Shown here: piece by piece, positions 1 through 7,938 of the stretch | Numbering within the stretch: position 1 is the stretch's first letter | Layout of the letters: the number at the start of each line of letters is the position of its first letter | Origin: a virus | Direction: 5' to 3' (one strand) | DNA length: 64,000 nt | Virus record (IMG/VR): IMGVR_UViG_3300035698_020096 | Span: 1-64,000 of that record | Position numbers and translations under genes: made by a program | The notes under the pieces: model-generated | Seen by the model: the letters and a program-made list of their open reading frames with translations, nothing else | What the model was told of the DNA's origin: nothing | The model's database searches: none

Positions 1-77
1 CTATTAAAATTCTATATTTCTAGTATTAACTAATAAAGATTTATTACTCTACTTTATAACTAGTAATATTTACCTAC

Positions 78-125
78 ATGTTTATAAGAAAGAAATAAGA
101 AATGTTTATAAGAAAGAAATAAGAA
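78..125. repeat. 24-bp tandem duplication (ATGTTTATAAGAAAGAAATAAGAA x2)
   Basis: Two exact adjacent copies at 78-101 and 102-125. Confidence 0.95.
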
Positions 126-244
126 ATCTCCTTATTTAAACTCTTGATGTACAGGGGGGATTTTCAACTCCCGCTATTAGTAATATTTACTTCATTGAAA
201 TAAAAATATTACATGAGATATTTCTTGAAATATGAAGTTCAGCC

Positions 245-559
245 CTAGCTCCATTCTTGTTCTTCATATTCCTCTTCTTTAATAAGTTCTTTCATAGACT
301 TAGCTTTATCATTAATTAAAGAATAAGCCTTGCCTCTACTTTTACTTTCAGCCACTAGATATACCACAGCGTCAACTTCTTTGAGATAGGTTTTATCTAC
401 AATAGTTTTATTTCCACTAGGACTAAGGAACTTTTCATAGACTTGATTTTCCTTATTAAGGTTTAGGCCTATTTCCCAGTAAGCGGCATCAGGTAAAGGC
501 AAAGTGAAGGATTTATCTTCTTTAGTATTTAACTTATCAGTATTGTTACAAATATTCAT
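245..559 (-). CDS. hypothetical protein with acidic C-terminus
   Basis: 104-aa ORF, co-oriented with its neighbours; no motif recognised. Confidence 0.65.
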   Translation of the reverse strand: MNICNNTDKLNTKEDKSFTLPLPDAAYWEIGLNLNKENQVYEKFLSPSGNKTIVDKTYLKEVDAVVYLVAESKSRGKAYSLINDKAKSMKELIKEEEYEEQEWS

Positions 560-603
560 ATGCTTTTACAAAGAGATTAATTAGATAGCAAAGGCATTCT
601 TTA

Positions 604-711
604 TTAAACGGAGGGTTCACTAATAACAAAGGCTACATAGATTAATAGAATCATAGTGATTAAACCTAAGAGCATAATAAGCGACATCCAATTCTTTTCA
701 TTTGAATTCAT
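604..711 (-). CDS. small single-pass membrane protein (35 aa), not in the ORF track
   Basis: Reads MNSNEKNWMSLIMLLGLITMILLIYVAFVISEPSV*. It has a hydrophobic stretch of about 21 residues and an upstream AAAGGAA. Confidence 0.55.
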   Translation of the reverse strand: MNSNEKNWMSLIMLLGLITMILLIYVAFVISEPSV

Positions 712-717
712 TTCATT

Positions 718-785
718 TATTCCTTTATTTAATATATTCCTTTATTTAATATATTCCTTTATTTAATATATTCCTTTATTTAATA
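718..785. repeat. 17-bp tandem repeat (TATTCCTTTATTTAATA x4)
   Basis: Four exact head-to-tail copies with no spacers. Confidence 0.95.
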
Positions 786-865
786 TATTAGACATCTTGA
801 GTAATTAAGAAAGAAGAACTTCTAATAAGGGTTAGAGAGCTTTCCACGTTAATTACTGAAGAGGT

Positions 866-1363
866 TTATTGCTTGTGTTGTTTATTTAACCAATTACTAA
901 TCTTCAAATAGTAACTATACCTAACTACTGTATAAAGAGACCTAATAGTAGATACCTCAGCAAAACCCCTTGTACTTACACTCATTACATATAGAACTCT
1001 AAATATATCTTCAGTAACATCAGGAATATATTTCTTAAGTTCCTGAAACATATCCTTATAAAGACTTGCCCTATCTTTAATTAGTTTAGATTTAATATCG
1101 GTGTATAGTTCTACATCAATAGAAGATAGAGGAATAGTATCTCCACATATCAAAGCATTTCTAATAATAGATTCAATATTAACCCTACTTATATTCTCTA
1201 ATTCCTTCTCGGGATTCTCTTTATTACAAAGATAGGAAGCCAACCATTCCTCACTTTTAGTCTTAGGGGGAAGTCTTAGCATTAACTGATGGCATTCTTC
1301 AATAGTAATATTAGTAATATTAGATTTAGATATTTTCATATTTTCTATATAGTAAATAAACAT
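866..1363 (-). CDS. hypothetical protein
   Basis: 165-aa ORF. The true start may be the downstream ATG (MKISK, 1339). Confidence 0.7.
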   Translation of the reverse strand: MFIYYIENMKISKSNITNITIEECHQLMLRLPPKTKSEEWLASYLCNKENPEKELENISRVNIESIIRNALICGDTIPLSSIDVELYTDIKSKLIKDRASLYKDMFQELKKYIPDVTEDIFRVLYVMSVSTRGFAEVSTIRSLYTVVRYSYYLKISNWLNKQHKQ

Positions 1364-1399
1364 CTTTCTTAATTAAATATAGTCAATTAAGAAAGATGT
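1360..1399 (-). terminator. 15-bp perfect inverted repeat; terminator or operator
   Basis: ACATCTTTCTTAATT-N10-AATTAAGAAAGATGT just downstream of the 1427 stop, followed by TTATTT on the minus strand. Confidence 0.55.
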
Positions 1400-1426
1400 G
1401 CAATAAATCAAAGGAGAAAGTATTTT

Positions 1427-2759
1427 CTAGATACCCTTTAGATTCAGCTCAGTAATATCGAGTTCAATAGGTACGGGTTTAATACCATTCTCAATATAGT
1501 AGCCATAAGCCTTAGCTTGTTGATTAGGGTCTAGTCCAATCTTAGTAGCTACGAGTTTTGCAACAGGTCCTTCTATTTCGATAAAGTATTCTAGTTCAGA
1601 TACTTTATCGAGAGACAGTTCACAGTTACCTATATGACAAGAAGCTCGAAACTTCTCAATAGAGATAGAGGGACGAGCATTCTTATCAGCAAACTCAAGA
1701 GCTTCAGTTAGACTAGATAGTTCAACTGTTTGTTCACGAAACATTTCCGTATCAGAACCCCGTCCTTTAATATCAAAGGTTAGAACGCCTCCTCGGTCCT
1801 TAATACGAAAGTATGTATTTTCTGTATTATTGAATACATACACACGGTCCATTTGATACTGATAACTCTGTTGAAGACCTAGGATAGAACCAATAGAAGA
1901 AAATGCTGGCTGAGAGATACACCAGCGGTACTCAACTTCTTCCACTGAACTAAGAAGGAATGTAAGTTCTTCAGTAGACTCTTTATCTACTACGGAACTC
2001 AAGTCAACAGATACCCCAGTAAGGTTCCGACGTAGATGTTTATTAGCATCAATGAAAAGACTATTACCTTCACAAGTACGAAGATACACAGTAGGCCCTT
2101 GGGAATGTGTCAGAGTTACTTTCTTATACTGACGTTTAGTTACAAAGTAACCTTCTTCATTAACTAGTAAGTGTTCTAGTTCAGCAATAGAAAGCTGGGG
2201 TTCAACTGTTAACTCATTAAACTTTAGTCCAGAACCCTGATACTTCTTAGAGAACTGGATTAATCCCAGGGCTTGTTCTTTACTCCGTAAAATAGAAGAG
2301 AAGATAAGTTTAGAGTAATCCGGTAGTTGTTCAAGCACATCTTGAATCTTAATGAAATCAAGTTTCATTAATTCTTCATATTCCTCCTTATTCCTCCTTA
2401 TTAGAGGATTCAATATGAAGTTTAACTTCGTCCACAAGAGGATATACTGCAACAAGTTTATCTCCTACAGAACCATTCGTATTAAGGGAGATACTACAGT
2501 TAAGATTCTCTCGAATAATCTTAATAATGTTCTGTAAGTAGGGGTGAAGCAGAGGTTCTCCTCCTGATAGAATAATCTCTCCTACATTAAGGAGAGAGAT
2601 TTGAGTTATGAACTTCTCAATCCATTCAAGGCTCATTACACTACCTGAGATATCCTGTCCTTCGTTATGACAACCTTTACATTTAGCATTACAGGTATCA
2701 ACGAGTAACAGACGGATTTGTTCTACATCTACTTGATTACGAACTACTTGAGTATTCAT
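1427..2759 (-). pseudogene. radical SAM (MoaA-like) - CYTH domain fusion, frameshifted by a 10-bp tandem duplication
   Basis: The 5' part (2388-2759) has CNAKCKGC (CxxxCxxC), LSGGEPLLHP, NTNG and an AGGAG RBS. The 3' part has CYTH motifs (EVEYR, QMDRVY, FRIK, LTFDIKG, EKFR, LDKV, FIEIEG). Removing one TTCCTCCTTA copy at 2381-2400 gives a single 440-aa frame (...HIESSNKEEYEELMKLDF...). Confidence 0.8.
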
Positions 2760-2879
2760 TGGATTCTCCTGATTTACTGATGAACTTAATTAGATGAAAA
2801 AAGCGACGCCACTAAAACATATTGGTTATATTAGATATTAGGTCCAGCCCTAATATCAAAACATATAATTAAATTCATT

Positions 2880-3590
2880 ATGTTCACTCCTAAAATAAAA
2901 GCATTTGTAATTGAAGATAGATTAAAAGGAAATATTCCTTCACCTTCTGAAGTTAATTATTTCTCTAGTACTGAGACTGAGGATAAATGTGCTCGATGTA
3001 TATTCTTTAGTTCTCATACATCCCAATGCTCCCTATTAGAAATGGAGGTGTTACCCGAAGCCACTTGTGATGTATTCCTAGAGACTAATAAACATGATGC
3101 TGTTACCTGGATAAAAGACAATCTAAGTCATACTATTAATCCAGATAATGGATTCCCTATTCTCACGGCTTTATATGGCAGCGATGACTTTGGGCGGGAA
3201 GATGTAGATGCCAGTAAAGAAGAAGAAGAAGAAGAAATGGGTATAACTCCATTTGAGTATGCCTTCTCTGACGATGTTAGTTATCATATTCCCATTTGTA
3301 GATTAAGTCAAGAAGAGAAAGAAAGGTTTAGTCTTACAGTGGAAACTTTAATAGGAGTGCATATTCCTTTACCTCAATTAGTAATAGACGAGAAGGAATC
3401 TAAACAATTAGAAACCGTATATGTAAAAGAAGATGTAGTATTTACACCTATTCCCAAAGATTGGAACATTAATATAAAAGAGTTTAAATATTCTTTACTT
3501 AAAGGAGATAAACTACACTTATCTCAATCACCAGACGGTAATTATCCTACTATAGCCTGGGAACTAAAGGAAGAAGTTAAATCCAGTTAA
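2880..3590 (+). CDS. hypothetical protein with N-terminal HiPIP-like 4-Cys motif
   Basis: VNY...CARCIFF...CSLL...TCDVF, followed by an acidic middle region. Confidence 0.7.
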   Translation: MFTPKIKAFVIEDRLKGNIPSPSEVNYFSSTETEDKCARCIFFSSHTSQCSLLEMEVLPEATCDVFLETNKHDAVTWIKDNLSHTINPDNGFPILTALYGSDDFGREDVDASKEEEEEEMGITPFEYAFSDDVSYHIPICRLSQEEKERFSLTVETLIGVHIPLPQLVIDEKESKQLETVYVKEDVVFTPIPKDWNINIKEFKYSLLKGDKLHLSQSPDGNYPTIAWELKEEVKSS

Positions 3591-3609
3591 TTAAAATCTA
3601 ACTAATTAC

Positions 3610-4116
3610 ATGATTACTCTTATTGGATTTCATACGAATTGGGAGCTTAAAGTCTATGGAGTATTTACAGATTCAACCTTTAATTATCCTCATTTAGAAT
3701 TAAATAATGGTGTATTAAATATGGAGTTAATAAAAGAAAGATTGAAAGTTAGAGATAAACTCAATCCTTTCTACTACACCTCTCCATATTTAATAGCGAA
3801 GGTAGAAACTGAGGAGTCTATTCAATTATTCAAAGTAAGTACAGAGTTAGAGATTAGAGTCACTTATATACTTTCTACAGAAGCCCCTAAGACCATTGAT
3901 GCTATAAGCCCTATCTCTAGTTTTATATCAATAGAAAAAGATAGATTAGATTTGAACCAGAGAATATTTACATCTATTAAGGAGTTATTAAGACCGCCTA
4001 CATTAATACTTCATAATGGTAATATTCTAGGATATAACAATGGGGAATATTTCCCATTAGATAAAGAAGATAAAGAAGATAAAGAGGAAATAACTTATGA
4101 TTTTATATCGAGCTAA
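3610..4116 (+). CDS. hypothetical protein
   Basis: 168-aa ORF in the + strand run; 9-bp DKE repeat near the end. Confidence 0.75.
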   Translation: MITLIGFHTNWELKVYGVFTDSTFNYPHLELNNGVLNMELIKERLKVRDKLNPFYYTSPYLIAKVETEESIQLFKVSTELEIRVTYILSTEAPKTIDAISPISSFISIEKDRLDLNQRIFTSIKELLRPPTLILHNGNILGYNNGEYFPLDKEDKEDKEEITYDFISS

Positions 4117-4270
4117 TTTACCAGCAGGGACTACATATAATGCAGGTATGAATTATCGACCTAATCCAGCAGGAGCCAATGTTGCTAACCCTATTCCAAT
4201 TAGGAAACCTTCGGGGGCTAATACATTAGGTAGAGCAACCGCTAGTATGCGAACTTACACTTTCGGTTAA
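4097..4270 (+). CDS. 57-aa Pro/Gly/Asn/Ala-rich basic peptide, not in the ORF track
   Basis: AGAGGA RBS at 4083-4088 and ATG at 4097. Reads MILYRANLPAGTTYNAGMNYRPNPAGANVANPIPIRKPSGANTLGRATASMRTYTFG*, immediately followed by a terminator. Confidence 0.7.
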   Translation: MILYRANLPAGTTYNAGMNYRPNPAGANVANPIPIRKPSGANTLGRATASMRTYTFG

Positions 4271-4275
4271 TATAA

Positions 4276-4308
4276 AGGAGGGGAAAATTCCCCTCCTTAT
4301 GTGTTTTT
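4276..4308 (+). terminator. intrinsic terminator
   Basis: AAGGAGGGGAA-A-TTCCCCTCCTT hairpin followed by ATGTGTTTTT. Confidence 0.8.
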
Positions 4309-4320
4309 AATACAATACTA

Positions 4321-4614
4321 ATGAAACTGATAAAGAATATATTTAAGCTATATAAACTATTGAATCTAATTGAGTTCAGTAAAGAAGGGGACTTATTAAT
4401 CAAGTCTAAAGGGTCCTTGTTATTAGAAGGAGATTACATAGTTTTAAGTACAGAAAGAAAGAGTAGAGAACAATTAAAAGACATAAAGAGTAGAGAGCAA
4501 TCAGAAGAGATAAATATATATGGCAATACCCAAGATGGTGTTATGCATAGGACATCGAGTCCTCCGATTAATACCCCCTCCACCTACTCCAGGAGTAGCA
4601 CTTACCGGATGTAA
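4321..4614 (+). CDS. hypothetical protein
   Basis: 97 aa with a 9-aa internal repeat (KSREQLKDI/KSREQSEEI). Its 3' end overlaps the PAAR gene. Confidence 0.55.
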   Translation: MKLIKNIFKLYKLLNLIEFSKEGDLLIKSKGSLLLEGDYIVLSTERKSREQLKDIKSREQSEEINIYGNTQDGVMHRTSSPPINTPSTYSRSSTYRM

Positions 4615-4789
4615 CAAAATAGTAATTAATGGTAAGTTTGTATGTCAACTAGGTAGTAAGACTTATGCTGGTTCAGTACTATCAGTAAATAATAAAGTAT
4701 GGGCAAATAATAAACCTATGGCTACTGCTCCTGGTAAATGTAGTGAAGGTATATCTTTATTTGGAGACCCAAAGGTAATATTAGGATGA
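4520..4789 (+). CDS. PAAR-like spike-tip protein
   Basis: 89 aa with three-fold repeats (KIVINGKFVCQLG / KVWANNKPMATAPG / GDPKVILG) and Cys/His residues. Confidence 0.7.
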   Translation: MAIPKMVLCIGHRVLRLIPPPPTPGVALTGCNKIVINGKFVCQLGSKTYAGSVLSVNNKVWANNKPMATAPGKCSEGISLFGDPKVILG

Positions 4790-4811
4790 AAGGTGTCTAA
4801 ATTAGATTTAT

Positions 4812-5843
4812 ATGAAAGAAGCATTTAATAAGTTAATTAATTACGTTAAGGGATTAGATGAGACTGCTCCTTTAGATGAGATAGTTCAAGGGGAGGTCCC
4901 ACCTATTCATAAAGGGTTTTCTACTTCTACAAAAGAGAAACATTATAAAGAGCTTGATGTTAAATGGGAATTAACTAGTAATACCATAGTAGGAGAAGAG
5001 ATATGGTCAAGAAGTTTCACTGAATTAATCTTTGAGACAGATGACAATGAGGATCCTGTATATGTAAAAGAAGTTACATTTGATGAGTATGACCCTGAAT
5101 TAAAGGGTACTGAGTTCTACAGAGTAAACCATCCTTTCTATGAAGATATATACAAAGGGACCAAGCCCTTCTTTAGATGGAATAGAGAACGGATGATATG
5201 GTATCAAGAAATATATTATTACAATAGGAAGGAAGATACAGTTAGGTGGGATAGACCCTTCAGTACATACAGTAACCCTGACTCATCTACTCATGACCTA
5301 TATGAAGAGTTGCCTTATGTATTCACAAAAACCCTTAGTTGCGGTAAAGCTCTAGGGGTAGTAATAAGGGCAGATGTTCCTTTTGATTTACAAGTAGGAG
5401 ATTCCTTATATATGAATATAACCGAATCCCCTAAGATAAGTCCATTAGGAGAGCCTCAAGTAACACTTACTTTTAAGAATGTAGGGAACCAATCTTTCAA
5501 CCAATATCAAACTTCCAGATATGAAGAAGAAATAAAGATAGTAGAAACATGGTATCAAGTATCACCTTCTGGAGATGATATATCTCCTAAATATATAGAG
5601 ATAGATATATATGGTACGGTTGAAGCTAAGGCAGGAAGGTCTTATCACCCTAAAGGAGAAGATGAGGAATACAGAGAAATACTTGTACATCCTCAGAATA
5701 CCCTTTATGAGGTTAGATTAAAACCTCCTGGTAAAGCTCACCAATTTAAGGATGACTTCTGGAACACTGAAGATATGAGCCGTACTAGTAAGAAGTATAA
5801 GAAATATAATCAAAGGAGATTTAAAGATCCAGCATGGCAGTAA
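4812..5843 (+). CDS. hypothetical protein
   Basis: 343-aa acidic, aromatic-rich ORF. Confidence 0.8.
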   Translation: MKEAFNKLINYVKGLDETAPLDEIVQGEVPPIHKGFSTSTKEKHYKELDVKWELTSNTIVGEEIWSRSFTELIFETDDNEDPVYVKEVTFDEYDPELKGTEFYRVNHPFYEDIYKGTKPFFRWNRERMIWYQEIYYYNRKEDTVRWDRPFSTYSNPDSSTHDLYEELPYVFTKTLSCGKALGVVIRADVPFDLQVGDSLYMNITESPKISPLGEPQVTLTFKNVGNQSFNQYQTSRYEEEIKIVETWYQVSPSGDDISPKYIEIDIYGTVEAKAGRSYHPKGEDEEYREILVHPQNTLYEVRLKPPGKAHQFKDDFWNTEDMSRTSKKYKKYNQRRFKDPAWQ

Positions 5844-6121
5844 AAGTAGTAGATGGTAGTAAAAGAATAAGTTTCCATCTTTCATATGAAGAATCTCTTA
5901 CTACTCAATTAGCTATTAATAGAGATAAAACTTCTCTACGTCAAATAATAACGGAAGGTTTAACATTATATGAATTACCTAATCATTCATCTATCCGATT
6001 ATTCAGAGAGAGATTATTATCTAGGTTAAATAGTGATATAGGAATCTCTCGGGCATTCATAGTGGAGTTAAGATTACTATATTTATTACTAGGTCATTAT
6101 TTACAAAAGGTAGAAGATTAA
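5834..6121 (+). CDS. hypothetical protein
   Basis: 95 aa; overlaps the upstream stop. Confidence 0.7.
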   Translation: MAVKVVDGSKRISFHLSYEESLTTQLAINRDKTSLRQIITEGLTLYELPNHSSIRLFRERLLSRLNSDIGISRAFIVELRLLYLLLGHYLQKVED

Positions 6122-6184
6122 TCAAACCAGTAATTATATAGTAAGTGGTTAAAATATAAAGATATTGAGATATGAATTTATATA

Positions 6185-6475
6185 ATGGATTTAAGTAATT
6201 ACTACGTGTGTTATGAGGTCACCGCGTTACCTCAAGTAATATATGCTCATTTGCATAGAGCAGATAATCTGCCTTCTATTGAAGACTTTCAAGTACCGTC
6301 GGGGTTAGATAATTTAGCCATAGAAGTTCGTATAGGTTTATATGATAATCAAGGCTTCCTACTTCAAATGTCTAGTCAATTGATTACTGCCTATAAGCCT
6401 ACATTACTAAAAGCATTAACAGTTATCCCAAATAGAATGATCCAGTCATTAATAAGTGAGTATTCTAATGATTAA
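6185..6475 (+). CDS. hypothetical protein
   Basis: 96-aa ORF coupled to the next gene. Confidence 0.7.
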   Translation: MDLSNYYVCYEVTALPQVIYAHLHRADNLPSIEDFQVPSGLDNLAIEVRIGLYDNQGFLLQMSSQLITAYKPTLLKALTVIPNRMIQSLISEYSND

Positions 6476-7277
6476 TCTTATATATAAGAAGATAGTAGTA
6501 GAAAGAGATACAGTATTAAAACCTTCGACCAGAGAAGCAGTTGTAACTAGACCTGAGGATTTATACACTCTTAAAAAGGGTCAGTCTTTCGATTGTATCC
6601 GTATAGTGGAGCATCTTAATCATTATTGCTTGGACCTCCGTGAAGCGATTCAAGGTCATCAAAGATGGTATGCTTTCATGGGTCATTGCTATATAGAAGA
6701 ACCGAAACCCTCCGTTGCAACCCCCATAGCTAATAAAGAAGTACTAGTTAAAGGAGTACCTTTCTTTGCTCAATATGATAATAGATATAAACCTAACACT
6801 TCCTGCTTCCTAACAAGTGCAGCTATGATAATGGCCTATCATGGGATTAAGCCTTTACATAACGGAGTACAGTTAGAGGACGAGTTGTATCAATATGCTA
6901 TTAAAGGGGGACTTAATAGATTTGCCGGTGAACATGTAGCACAGGTAATTAAAGATTATGGACTTAATGCTACCTATAGTACTAAAAGGAGTTTCCAAGA
7001 TATTAAAGACCAGCTTAATAAAGGGAATCCTTGTACGTTAGGAGTATATAGTACATTTGCTGGACATATCATATGCATAATTGGTTACGATGATACAAAG
7101 AAACACTTTATATGTCATGACCCCTGGGGGCGTTGGTTGGGTACTAGAGGAGATTATGATTTCAATCATAGTGGAGAAATGGTTTACTATTCCTATTCTG
7201 ATTTAGGTAGAGAAGCTAGTCCAGAAAGTCCTAATAACCCTTCTGATTGCTGGTCTACATTTATAAGTAAGAAATAG
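6456..7277 (+). CDS. C39-like papain-fold peptidase with N-terminal SH3-like domain; probable endolysin
   Basis: VPFFAQ...SCFLTSAAM (Gln/Cys), GHIICIIGYD (His) and HDPWG (Asp). The QLEDELY segment is typical of cyanobacterial homologues. Likely start is ATG 6468. Confidence 0.8.
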   Translation: MSILMINLIYKKIVVERDTVLKPSTREAVVTRPEDLYTLKKGQSFDCIRIVEHLNHYCLDLREAIQGHQRWYAFMGHCYIEEPKPSVATPIANKEVLVKGVPFFAQYDNRYKPNTSCFLTSAAMIMAYHGIKPLHNGVQLEDELYQYAIKGGLNRFAGEHVAQVIKDYGLNATYSTKRSFQDIKDQLNKGNPCTLGVYSTFAGHIICIIGYDDTKKHFICHDPWGRWLGTRGDYDFNHSGEMVYYSYSDLGREASPESPNNPSDCWSTFISKK

Positions 7278-7353
7278 TTAGCCTTATCCTCTTATTGAGA
7301 ACTATTTCTTATTTAACAGTTGGTTGAATTAATGAAGATATTGAATGTGAAAC

Positions 7354-7800
7354 ATGAATAATTCGGATATACCTGAAACAATAATTCCATTAATAAGTAA
7401 TTTAAGTGAGGAAGAGCAAATAGTCCTTAGAAACTACTTTGATTCTTCTAGTGGAAATATAAAAGTAATTGAAACCTTAGATACTGAAACTAAAGTTTTA
7501 TGTACAAAACCATTTTGGAAGTCCATAGGTTTCTGGGGTATAACCTTAACTATGGTAGTAGGTTTAAATAACCCAGTTAATAATGTGTTAGATAAAGGAA
7601 CATTTACAATGCAAGATGCTTGGGAAATGTTCCAAGTAATAGCTGCTTGTGGGGTAGCCTATGTAGGTAGAGTAAAAGCTACTCAGCCTTTAGATCTAGG
7701 TGTTCATCCTTATGCTAGGTTTAATACTGTAGTATCTGCTAAACCTCCTCAATCTGTTGTGGTAGAACAAACTCATTATGATTTAAAGGATGGCTTTTAA
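7354..7800 (+). CDS. putative holin
   Basis: KPFWKSIGFWG motif followed by two hydrophobic segments; directly after the lysin. Confidence 0.55.
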   Translation: MNNSDIPETIIPLISNLSEEEQIVLRNYFDSSSGNIKVIETLDTETKVLCTKPFWKSIGFWGITLTMVVGLNNPVNNVLDKGTFTMQDAWEMFQVIAACGVAYVGRVKATQPLDLGVHPYARFNTVVSAKPPQSVVVEQTHYDLKDGF

Positions 7801-7811
7801 TGAAACATAAT

Positions 7812-7845
7812 ATAAGGGCTTCTTTAATTATAAAGAAGCCCTTAT
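7812..7845. terminator. bidirectional terminator between convergent genes
   Basis: ATAAGGGCTTCTTTA-ATTA-TAAAGAAGCCCTTAT perfect hairpin. Confidence 0.85.
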
Positions 7846-7869
7846 TGTTTTATATGAATATAAAGTTTT

Positions 7870-7918
7870 ATTGTTATTAATATTATTATTATTATTAATA
7901 TTATTAATATTATTAATT
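7870..7918. repeat. AT-rich low-complexity (ATT/AAT)n tract
   Basis: TTATTAATATTATTATTATTATTAATATTATTAATATTATTAAT. Confidence 0.8.
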
Positions 7919-7938
7919 TACATAGATATTAAATACAC

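Noticed and set aside
718-785. Possible CRISPR mini-array
   Set aside because: The 17-bp units are contiguous with no spacers, so this is a simple tandem repeat.
2352-2537. 61-aa + strand ORF, and the TTG start at 2455 for the 342-aa ORF
   Set aside because: The first is antisense to the radical SAM gene. The second is the out-of-frame extension produced by the 10-bp duplication.
2388-2759. Calling the radical SAM gene moaA or viperin
   Set aside because: Only the generic N-terminal motifs match. The MoaA C-terminal Cys cluster is not seen and the substrate is unknown.
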